From Strigamia acuminata (taxonomy: Eukaryota), in the NCBI GenBank assembly GCA_949358305.1, contig OX442314.1:32860001-32924000 (forward strand): DNA of 64,000 nt. Reading direction: 5' to 3'. This document shows, in pieces, positions 11,849-23,100 of this stretch. The position numbers and the translations under genes were made by a program. The notes under the pieces were generated by a model, which saw only the letters and a list, made by a program, of their open reading frames with translations, was not told the DNA's origin and searched no databases. Position 1 is the first letter of the stretch; the number at the start of each line of letters is the position of its first letter.

Positions 11849-12321
11849 CAGTCTATTTGGGGGCGAATTATTTATGGCCATTCTTTTACATTGCAGAAAC
11901 ACTTACCGTGTTAACACGGTGTTAACATCCGACAAACATGTCGTGGCCGTCCCAGGCCCGGAGCAGCTAACAGAACTTGAGGGGGCGGAATTTCCTCAGC
12001 TTAAAACGTACGTATTGAAATTTTCTTTTTTTTTAAAAAAATGGACACAGCGAGAGGTGAGTTTGGTGTATGTTTTCTTTTGGTTCATTTTCAACGAGAT
12101 TCGTCCCAGTGGCCAGACACCGTGGGCTCACTGGAAAAAATAAGGCTATAAAAGTTGTAAATATTTCTTGTGAAATATTTTACATTACATACTTTATTAA
12201 TAATCTTTTTTAATTATTTTAAAACTAAATTTAAAATTATTTATTTTTAAATGTGGTTATGAACAGACATTACACATTGGTATGGCAAATATGCATGTAA
12301 TTACAGATAAGAAGTTAAAAA

Positions 12322-13395
12322 ATGCAGAAATGCAATAATTCTGGCGACTTTATTGTGTTCAACTTAAATTGGATTGTCAAGTCACCCGGGTTGGAATGCA
12401 AGACTGCAGGTCTCCTGAATTACATCTCTCAGTGCCGTATAGACAAATTGTCGGACTATTCGCTTCGACAACTGTTCTCATCCGATGTTGTTGCTAAATC
12501 AGCAGAAATTTACGGCGCAGTCAGCAAAGCAGCTGCGTTGAGGTGGTTAGCTACGATATCGAAGCAAATTGCACTAAGTGTCTTTGAAGTTACAATTGGA
12601 AGCAGCATCCATAAATATTCTTATTTAAACCACGAAGAGTGGGAATATGCGGGCGATTGGCTTCACAGCAGCGCAGCGACGCATTTGTATCCGACGGTTT
12701 CAGCAGAAGAAAATATTACTTACTTCAACCAAATGCCAAATAGCTCTGTATTTCAAGCAATTGATCTGACCACGGGTGTCACTTGGGACCAACTCGAAGA
12801 CGTTGCAATGCCAATGGGTAATGACGATGGTAATATTAACATCGCATGTGAGACCCAAAATAGTTCGTTCGTCTATTTCAGACGAACAAATTCCACTTAC
12901 TCGTGTTTCGATTTTGGCCTAAAACAATGGACTTTCATCGATTTTGATGATCGCATTTCGAATTGCAAATGTTTGCTTTTAGCGACTGACGATGGAAGGT
13001 ATTATTTCGATGTGGACGAATTGTGTATAAAGGTTGTTAACTTGGACTTGGGGACTTGCGTAACAAAAGATAAATTACCAGGAAATTGGCAAAGAGTCAA
13101 GTGTAAAAGTCGTGTTGCAAATCGTTCTGAAAAATTGATTTTTGTTCAAACCATACCTAGTTGCTGTTTGTTAATTTACAGCATTGAAAACGAGTGTTGG
13201 AGTGTTGTTTCGTTGCCGAATATCGACGGTGAGGTAATCATGTATGTTTGTTACGATGACGACTGCCTGATATTCACTAAAACGGAAGTGGCGTACCATG
13301 TGTATTCTATAGACACGATGACGAAAGTTAATGAATACAAAATGCCAACAAATTTTGATGGGTGCATCCATTTTGATGTTAGTTTTGCCTTGTGA
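12322..13395 (+). CDS. BTB-family paralog lacking the BTB/BACK N-terminus (357-aa open ORF; possibly a truncated pseudogene)
   Basis: Aligns with the C-terminal ~60% of the ORFs at 35673, 52727 and 55588 (GDFIVFNLNWI, SYLNHEEWE, YYFDVDE, KLPGNWQ, NFDGCIHFDVS). No stops. Confidence 0.65.
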   Translation: MQKCNNSGDFIVFNLNWIVKSPGLECKTAGLLNYISQCRIDKLSDYSLRQLFSSDVVAKSAEIYGAVSKAAALRWLATISKQIALSVFEVTIGSSIHKYSYLNHEEWEYAGDWLHSSAATHLYPTVSAEENITYFNQMPNSSVFQAIDLTTGVTWDQLEDVAMPMGNDDGNINIACETQNSSFVYFRRTNSTYSCFDFGLKQWTFIDFDDRISNCKCLLLATDDGRYYFDVDELCIKVVNLDLGTCVTKDKLPGNWQRVKCKSRVANRSEKLIFVQTIPSCCLLIYSIENECWSVVSLPNIDGEVIMYVCYDDDCLIFTKTEVAYHVYSIDTMTKVNEYKMPTNFDGCIHFDVSFAL

Positions 13396-13874
13396 CGATG
13401 ACGACCGATAAATTTACAGAAAGACCCTTTTGTTTTTTAGTTCATGACATGCCCTTTTGCTTGTTCATACTGTCATGGTTTTAAATAAGCAAATGATATT
13501 ATTTTGACGTACAGTGACGACTAAATTTCTGCTGTTATTGCCAATTGTCCTAGGCAAAGCAATCTCCCATTTACTATACCAATCCATCACTAAATTTCCT
13601 CATCGAGCATAAAGATAAAACTCGGTTCTGGCGTTTATTTGCAGTAATAGTTGTAGCATAAACCATAAATTATTGTATTAGTAAGCTAAATAAAAGGTCG
13701 TTTGTTTTATACCTGTGTACATACTGTACAACTTCAGTTTGGATACTTGTTGGCAATGTAAGAATAGAAGGTAATTGGATCTCATTGCGAGTTCGACCGC
13801 CACATGAAGTACGAGAGACGGGAGAGCGACACTTTTAATCTAGTATTCTTCTATTTTATAATTTCTAAAACACT

Positions 13875-13979
13875 AGCTGCATTCAAAAACTCTAAAACGC
13901 CTCTAAAACTCGTTTCGTGTTTGTACGTGTGACGTCATTCCCGAGTTTTAGAGGCGTTTTAGAGTTTTTGAATGCAGCT
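13875..13979. mobile_element. 105-bp fold-back MITE (PIF/Harbinger-like)
   Basis: Perfect inverted arms AGCTGCATTCAAAAACTCTAAAACGCCTCTAAAACTCG, flanked by ACT on both sides (3-bp TSD; a TA TSD reading is also possible). Confidence 0.8.
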
Positions 13980-14189
13980 ACTGAATTTTTGGAACAAAGT
14001 GGAGTGACTAATGCAAATTAATGCAGTTGACTTATGTGGATACAAGCCACAATCCTACAACGGTATTCTACCATGGTATTTATTATTTTATTTACATTTA
14101 GATAAATTTAGGAAAATATTGATGCTTTACACATATTGCATTATACACCGCAGCTGCATAAACTTTAAACTTTAGGTGAGCTTCAGATT

Positions 14190-17100
14190 TTATACTGGTG
14201 GAATGTGCACACTGCCAGATTGAAACTTGGTCGAAAAAGCAAATTCAATGAGAAATATAATTCCGGAGCAAAAAACTCCTCCAATGAGAATTAGAAATGC
14301 TGTAATTGTGTGATAAATAGAGACGGGTTTGCAATCATGATTCTTTGTCTCGCAAAATGTTGCTGTTTTGTACTTATCCTCAAGTCTGTTCATGATTCCT
14401 TTTTCTTTTAAGCTCAAAATGCTAAAATGTACAAGTACTTGCATATTGCAAGTTCAATTTTTAAAGTCTTGACAAATTTACACCCACAATACTCACTTCT
14501 GATTAAAAAAATCCACATATTTTGATTTTTTATCAAACATGTAATAACCCGAAACAGCAATCGGGATTTTTATAAAACTTAACCTACAGTTTCGTCCGTA
14601 CTTCTGTTTCAAGTAATTATACAAATGGATGACGGCATTGTTGTTCATTGAAAGCAGTTTTGGTGCTTCTTCAAAGGAAATGTTTCCTTCTCCGCTACTT
14701 TTTACCATACGATGCCAAATTTCCCGTGTAAGATTTGTTTGAGCCATCTATCATAGAAAAATAAGATCATAATTTACTACGAAGTATTTATTACCAACAA
14801 CAAATCCCAGATTTATACACTTTCATTTGTTGGTCTGTCTGAATATATTAAACTATTTGACTGGAGAATACACTAGTTCTCATTAGTTAGCAGGTAATTA
14901 CTGCTTGTAAAAACTAGTGAGTTTTTAAAAAGGGATGACTGTATCGTAGCGGAGCAAACCGCAAAGAGGGAGCTTTATCAATCTCACAATCACGACAGTT
15001 GGGAAACTTTATTGTTCCGATTAACGACGGATTGTTAGCGCTATTCCTACTAGAATCTCTATGCTGATGATCACAGCAATCGAAAATGGTGAAACCAGGA
15101 TCACGGCGGACTGTGAAGAAGCGAACCCGTCGTAACTGATTTCCTTTTTGTGGTGTATTAAAACCACAAGGAATTTATGCAGGCTTTATTGCATTGAAGT
15201 GCAGCCGGTCCCAGGTCCAAGCGGCTTGGCAAGGACCGAGGTGCAGAAGACCCCTCGAGTGGTCCCAAGGACAATGCGGGACAGGACTGCACCGGTCCGA
15301 AGGATGCTTGCGCCGCCCCCATTTGATGTGACACCACGCACGAGGGCTCAGTTTGACTTGTTCCATCAAAGGAGATTGCAACAAGCAGCCAATGAAGTCA
15401 CTGCCCCTCCAGCGGTGCAACCGACAGATGAACGGACGCGACCTGACACGAGATTCACCGATTCGGAGGAAGAGTATGATGACGAAGAAATTCAGGATCC
15501 GAAAGACCCGGATTATCAACCATCGCGTCGGAGTTTAGACTACATAGATAGAAACCTTGGAAATCGGGCGGATAACATAGTGTTGCGTTCGCATTCGGCT
15601 GGAGGACCGCGCTAGCAAGTCAAACCCAAGTCGTTTAAGCTTAAGTTTAAGTTTTAAGCTTCTTTCGGATTTTAAAATTGCGAGTTAATGTATATCAGAA
15701 ATTTCGATGTAGACCAGACCTAACTAGGGGTTTTTTGCAGCTGAAAGCTGCACGTGCTAATTTGAAAGGAATGTGCGATCTCTCTCGGTTCGGATCAAGA
15801 GAGAGAAGGAGCATTGTGGTGTATTAACACCACAAGGAATTTATGCAGGCTTTATTGCATTGAAATAGCACATTGTGTTGCCAACAATACAATGTACAAA
15901 GCAGCATGTAGCTTCCATCTTTTTTCCCTCTAGTGACAGTTGGTCAGGTCACTGACAAATAAATCTACTCTGTTTAAAAGAGTGGAGGAGAAAAGTTTAG
16001 GCACAACACCTGGTCTCCCGTTTATTTCCCATCTCCAGGGCCAAGATGGAAAACTTTTGGTGCAATCTTCCGCGGTAAAAATGGAAAACGTTTTAAAGGG
16101 AAGTGCAACAAGCGTGGCAAGACTGTTGGTACAAAAACGACAAGCATGGTTCGAAAGAGACGAAAAACCCATTACCTTAATGAGCTTGTAAGAAAAACGG
16201 TTTCCAATAGAGTACAAGTTGACTTTGTCTGCCAACAATAAGTCTTGAATACTGTTGTATTGCAGTCGCGATGTTGTCACAGTGAGTGACGCATACAGGA
16301 CCACACTGTAGCTTGTCATGATTAGCAGACGAAACAAGTTTTCCGTTCCAGTAATTGCATTAACTACGATGCATGGTAAACATGACTCGTAAATTGATTA
16401 GTAATCTTATTGAGGTGTATTTACCTGAAGTTGAGGGTTTGTTTTTACGGCATTTGGCGATAGAAGCAACAGATAGCGCGATGATCAAATAAGTAGCTAA
16501 AATACACAACCAAACAACCATGGAGAATGGTTTGAAAAATGTCATCCATAAGTATTCTTCGATCATGTTTTGATCTTGCCGCATTACGAATGCAAATGAG
16601 TCTCTATTGCTGGGAAAATTTACGAAGTCGAAATCCAAAACACGTGATGCAGAGATTCCACATAGCCCTTTGTATAAGTCATATTTCTTATAATAGAATA
16701 GACAAATTGAATGGTAAACACTTTTTTAAAATGTTGTTTGACATAGTAAAGTATTCAATTTTTTTTGGGATTAAACTTGATTATGGTAGTTAAAATTTCT
16801 CAAGAAAATAAAATCTACAATAGACCATTATAAATTTAAACAGAAATTGATTCGTTATTTAGGTTTGAATCTGTCAAGCCAGTTTTTGTTTAAATTGTTT
16901 TTTTTCTCTTTTATTCATAATTGTGAGAAAAAAGATTTTTTGTCAAAAATTTCAGAGAGGTCTAAGATTATTGAAACTGACTGAATGTACTTCAAGCTGT
17001 ACTAGTATAGTCTTAAGTCTTTAAGTAAAAGTATCCTATGCAAACTGAATAATATCACAAACTTACTTTCTTTTTCAGATTTGGCAATATATTATTGTCA

Positions 17101-20100
17101 AACGCAATAGGAATGTCAACTATTGAGCTATAAGTATAGAAAAGTTTAGGTCCCTTGTGAAAGTATTTTAGCAAAAAACAAAACCTTTACCAAATATTAC
17201 TCATTTTCTCGAATATGTGATTAAGAGTCTCGTTCCATGTCGAGTTCTCTGTTTTTTCGGTCTATAAAAAAAATGAGATGGTTTCTTTGTTAACGTTAGT
17301 TTGATTACTGTTTTCACTACCGTACTGCCTTGAACAATGGCCCGGGCGTTTATTTTTTTTTTCGACTCGCCTGCCAGGCGCTTATTCAAAACCAGGCGAT
17401 TATTTAAGCCAGGCCTCTATCCAAAAAAAAGTCGCTGACTCCGAACGTTTCGTTTGTTGAGGTTTCGTCTGTCGAAGTTTTCTCCAAAAGGCTACTAAAG
17501 ACCGTTTTTAATAACCGTTTTTAAAGTATTTTCCGGTTAACCCGGTGTTTAAACGAGCCCGGCGTTTATTTGAGGCAGGCGCTTATTGGTTTTCCGGCTG
17601 GTGGTTGCCAGGCGCTTAATCAAGAGCCGGCGCTTAATCAAGAGCCGGCGCTTAATCAAGAGCCGGCGCTTGATTGCGCCCGGCCATTGTTCAAGGCAGT
17701 ACGGTATTTTCTCTTTGGTCATTATTTTCTGAACCAGTATGGGACATAGGGTGTACTTCAAGACGCTTTTCAATAGTTAGTGGCCGTTAGTTACTATAAG
17801 TGGTCTAAGGCCAAGGGTCAGTGTTCCCTAGCCTTCCCCGTTATTGTGAGGCATTGACAAAATAGAAATGAAGCAAAGATGGGAGGAAAATAATTTGTTG
17901 CCGTTAGATTTACACTGGACTTTTCATGCCACACTTCTAAGCTTTACCTTCTCCCTGTTGTCTCCCATAAAGCTGACATGCAATATTATTTGTAATTACT
18001 ATTTCAATTGTAGTAGCATGCTTTACCTGGGCTGCAGTAAAATTTTGTTTTTTCAGAATCACTGGTATTTGAGAAATCTTTTCAAATTGACATATTTGTT
18101 GTTCTGCACAATTTACCCCTAAGTTTGTGATATGAAAAATGTTCCCATCAGGTCGATGTTTCAATAACTGCAACCTAAAATTCTGTAATTTAAGATACAA
18201 AAATATATATATAACCTTCCTTACTTTTAATTCTATAGTTTGCACCGGCTATTATCTTAAAAATCAAATACACTGAATGTTAATTCATAACAAGATAAAC
18301 ATTCTGCATACATACTGTTAATAATACTTTAACTATTGATTCGTACAGTGCTGTTTTCCACATATGTGAATAAGTAAACTTTGTTCTGTCGCCATATGAT
18401 TAGATCCTGTAACATGGGCAAGTCTAAGTCATGCCGGGGATTTGTAGTTCCACGTGTTTCCTTGATGACAAATATCAACACTTTGTTTTCAATCGACAAG
18501 AAAGAATACTGAGCAAGCTAAAATTAAAATTTATTGTTAAACGTATGTAACCATTGTGCATTATTTTTTAACTAGGAAGAATAGCTATCCTAACACAGAC
18601 AAGCATTAGGTAAACAACCATTACATTGTGACTGCCTGGCCACCCAAGGGTGACCTGTGTCAATACATACACTGCCCAATAGCCCCGAGGGCAACCCTCC
18701 CTTGCAGTAGTCTGACATAGTAAAGAGAAGTAGGGAGCTGAGTGGCGTAAGAAGTTGAGTGAGAGAGTTGCTCATAAAGTCAGCGAGAGAATAGTCGTGC
18801 TCTGTGCTACTCCATCCTCCTACCTACATTCACAACTGTGACTCTCACAAGGGGAAAGCACTAATAAGCTATTTTAAAATTTTAAAATTAATTATGTGAG
18901 ATGACAATTACAAGTAGTTCTTTAACCATTTCAAAGCATTTTGCTCGATAAGCTAGAGTTAAGTAACAATGACAATGTCAATGTAGAACTTTGTTGGCTG
19001 AGGGAGTTCATTTTTCATGCAAATAGGCTGAATAAAAAGGTCAAGTGTAGCACTACACTTGGTGATTAGCCTGTTCAAACCTTACTCTGGAACCGAAGTA
19101 ATTTGATATCACATGACATATAACCAGTGTTGTACGCGTTACTGGGATTTGGTAACTAGTTACCGTTACCGTTACTTGGCAAATAAAGTAACTAGTTACC
19201 AACCGTTACCATTACATTTTTGTTTCCTATGTTTCCGTTACCGTTACGTTACCGTTACATTACCGTTAAGTTACCGTTACATTACCGTTACGTTACCGTT
19301 ACATTTCCGAAAATTTCCCCTTTCAACTCTTTTGGTTTTACATGTGATTTCTAAGTTTATATCTTTGATTTTTATTGAATAAATGGTTATTTTACATAAA
19401 CAGGTGGAAATAGTTTATATTACAACAGTAAAAACAAATTTTGTTTTAAAAGTAGTAATTTTTCAAACAAACCATCAGACAACTTGTTTCGTAAAGGTGA
19501 TAAAATTAATTTACCGCCACTAAACAGTCGTTCTACCGGCGCACTTGAAGTCAGCGATGTGTTAAATTGTAAAAAAATTTGTTTAATCACAGGGAATTTA
19601 TGAAGAACACTAAGATTCGTGTCTTCATTCAAGAGATAATGTTGCATTATAGCAGCTGACTGTGTGTCCTGTTTGGGTTGTTGGTCGAAACTAAAAAAAT
19701 TGGAGTTAAAAATCAAATTTGTCTCAGTGTTGTTATTTGAATGCGTCGTATTTTTTTTGTTTTTTTCAATTTCTAACTGCAGCAATCGCTTTGCAGTAGA
19801 AACTTCTATCTCTGAATTGAGCCACAATAATTTAAAACAGGGCATTGTGACTGCTGCTAATATAAACTGACTGTCTGAGAAATAACGATCAAACCGATTT
19901 TCCAAACCATTCATGACAGCTGTAGCCAATGCTTGTGTATGGATTAAAGCTGGTATTAATACGTTGATACGGTTCTTAATGGACTGAATTGTAGGTAGTA
20001 ACATTCCAAGATAACAGTCTTTCTCAGATTGAAGTAAATCTAAAGCAATGGCAATGCAACCCATGATTTTCAAATACTCGTTCATAAAATCTAATTCAAT

Positions 20101-23100
20101 TTTTTTAAAAAAAGGTATTTTGAAATGTGTACACAATTCCCTTAACAAATTCTCAGGAATCTCTGGAATTTTTTTCATAGCTCTATACCAAGAATTCCAT
20201 CTTGTATTATTTGGTACAATTAGAGCAGTATTTATAATATCCCGAATGGCATCCGCAGCTTTTGTACTACGAGAATACTTATTCCACAATGTAACACACT
20301 TACTTATTACCGAGTTGTGCAACGTTTTGTATGCATTATTAACCATTGCTCTTTGAGCATCTGCAGTTGCAACCAAGTTCAGTGTGTGCGCTGCGCACCG
20401 CAAATGTGCAGGTAAATACATTAACTGTGTTTCAATATTCGAATCGTTAAAAATTTCTCCAACTTCATGCTGAGTAACAATATCGTATTCATCATTATTA
20501 TCATCAAACTCGTCATTCGCGCAATCACTATCATCCGAAACAATACTTAATTTATCATGAAATTCCGTAAAAGCTTTGACAAAATTACTCCCGTTATCCG
20601 TAATTGTATGCGTAATCTTATCTAAAATTTTAAAATTTGTAAATATATCATTGAGCTTTGATGCAATTAAATCGTAGGTGTGTGAACCTTTCATTCTAGC
20701 ACATGCAATTGTTGCAGAAACACGTTTTAGAGATTCCGCATCTATCCAATGTGCCGTAACCCCGAGAAAACTGCGGTTGGTGGCTGTCCAGAGATCAGCG
20801 GTCGTACACACAAATTAAATGCCATCAAAGATGGTTTGGATTTTTACCATTAACTTACTATACTTAACCACAATAAGATTTCTCATAACATTGCGACCAG
20901 GCATTGAGAGATGAGGTGAAATACGGTGAAATGTTTGTACCGTAAAACGGGGTGAATAGGGATGGGTTTTCAAGGTTTTTGTGCTGTAACTTTGTTAAAA
21001 AACACTTCTTACGGCTGTTTTTTTTTTAGAGGTGTAATTAGGTGTTGGGAACACACCCTCCAAATTGCAGAATTTTTATAAAATTCCTTCCTTGGTTTTC
21101 AAAAAGTTGAAAAGTGTCCCTATTCACCTCGTATGTCGGGGTGAAAAGAAACAGGCCTTTAAAACAATGTAAATCCCCTTTAAATAATGCTGTTAGTTGA
21201 ATAGGGACACTTTTATAGTTTTTAAAAATTCCAAACGTACAAAAATGTGATTTTTGTTACAAAATACAAATGAATTACACAGTTTCATCCTGAATATCAT
21301 CCTCATTACTGTTCTCGTTGAAAATCAACTTCCTTAACAGATTTTCCAGGTTGGACATTATTTTTTTCTCACAGGATGAAACAGCAGCCTTCTATTTCTT
21401 TGGATCATGATCCAAATAACTTCAGCCACGTGGATTTGGCTCATAAACACATGGCATGTTGTGTTCCTAATCACCCCACCGCTCGTGGTTTTTTTACACT
21501 GATGCAGAATTTTGCTGATCAAAAAATAACCACTTGTTATTTTTTTATGTCCTTTTAGTATAATGTGTATGGATACACTACTAACCAATTTCAGAAGTAA
21601 TTTTTATCCGATGGCTTGTTTATTTCGTTCGCCAAGCAAAGTTTTGGAGCCAAAAACTAAAACTAAAGAAAAGTGCTTTCCGCCATTTTCCCTAGTGAGA
21701 GTTTATAGAAATATTTTCTAAATTTTTAACATATAGACGTTGTTCCTAACCCAATGTACTTTCATTAAAAAAATATTGGGAAGTAATAATGTGTGTAGTT
21801 TGAAAGCAGCCAACGATTTAACAACTTTCCCATATGACTGTTCCTATTCACCCTCAGTGTTCCTATCCACCCCGTTTTACGGTATAAATTGTTGGCTCTC
21901 CACTGTCGATATACCGTACTGCCTCATTTAAACGCCCGGTCGTTTAAATTTTTTTTTTGGTTGACTGCCAGGCGGTAATTTGAAACCAGGCGGTTAAATG
22001 AACCAGGCGTTTATCCAAAAAATTGTATAAAAAAAAAAATCCGGAAAACAAAGTAGTATAAAGTCGTACGAAAGCTTTTTTTTAACTGTGCTAACACGGA
22101 AACAATGTAGCAACTAAACATTGAAGGCAATTTATATCCTTCACCGTACCACACGAACGAGTGCGTACGTGTGCATACGTTATGCAGACGTAATTAATTG
22201 CCTATTGCGGGTTTACCCGGCGCCAATTTGAAACCCGGCGTCAATAGAATTTTGGCCGTACGTCTGCCCGGCATTAAAACGGGCCCGGCGTCTAAGTGAA
22301 TCCGAGCGTTTAAAAAAGGCAGTACGGTAGGTAACATGTCACAAATGATGTAAGTTGCAATAAGATCATTGAACTCTGATTGTGAAACAGGTTTCTCTCT
22401 TGGCCCAGACACAAAATTGGCTAAAGTAGGCTGCTTAAATTTTTTAGATAACGAACAATTAGAATCGTCCACTGCTTTTCGTTTTTCAGTTGCAGTATTC
22501 TGCTCATATTCGGCAAACTCTGATTTATGTTTTAGTTTCAAATGTTTAGTAAGATTTGAATTACCGCCAGAATATCCCGAAAGTTGTGGCTTTTTTGGAC
22601 AGAGTATACAAATTACCTTAAAGGTGCGATTACCTTCTTCTAAATCACATTTATTTAGTGGTGTAAAATACTTAATTAAGCCACGTAACTGTTTACCAAT
22701 TTTGGTTTCATTGTCAACAACATTTGTGTCTCGGTCGGCGGCGGAATCAGGCACTTGCGTTGGATTAACAAATTCGTTTTCGATAATAATCTCACCATCA
22801 TCTTCATACAAAACACTTTGAGAAGTTGAAGCCATGTTACCAAAGAATTACGACGAACGCGAACGAAGCAATGAGAGTTATAACACAGCAAAAAGTGAAA
22901 TTTTAATTTAATACCGCAATATTTATACAGATTTCGTACAAACGTTTTTGCTACATATCGCCATATCGGCAATATGTAGCAAAAACGTTTCCTGAGCAAA
23001 TGTAACGGTAACGTAACGTTTACAAAACGATCGTTACTGCAATAAAAGTAACGAATTACCGTTACGTTACACCGAACAAATTAAGTAACGCGTTACCGTT

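Larger units (their letters stand above)
19420..22835 (-). pseudogene. hAT transposase, disrupted
   Basis: BED finger CILC...NLTKHLKLKH, TADLWT, TDNGSN, RCAAHTLNL, TRWNS, SSAPVERLFS. Interrupted by MITEs at 20940 and 21914 and one TAA at 20817-20815. Confidence 0.92.

Noticed and set aside
15055..15100. Hammerhead ribozyme (CTGATGA...GAAAC) or a LINE RT 'YADD' motif
   Set aside because: Hammerhead stems do not pair correctly, and the LYADD frame is flanked by stops with no other clear RT motif.
17549..17773. ORF with RRLLIK repeats
   Set aside because: Translation of the 18-bp tandem repeat within a MITE.
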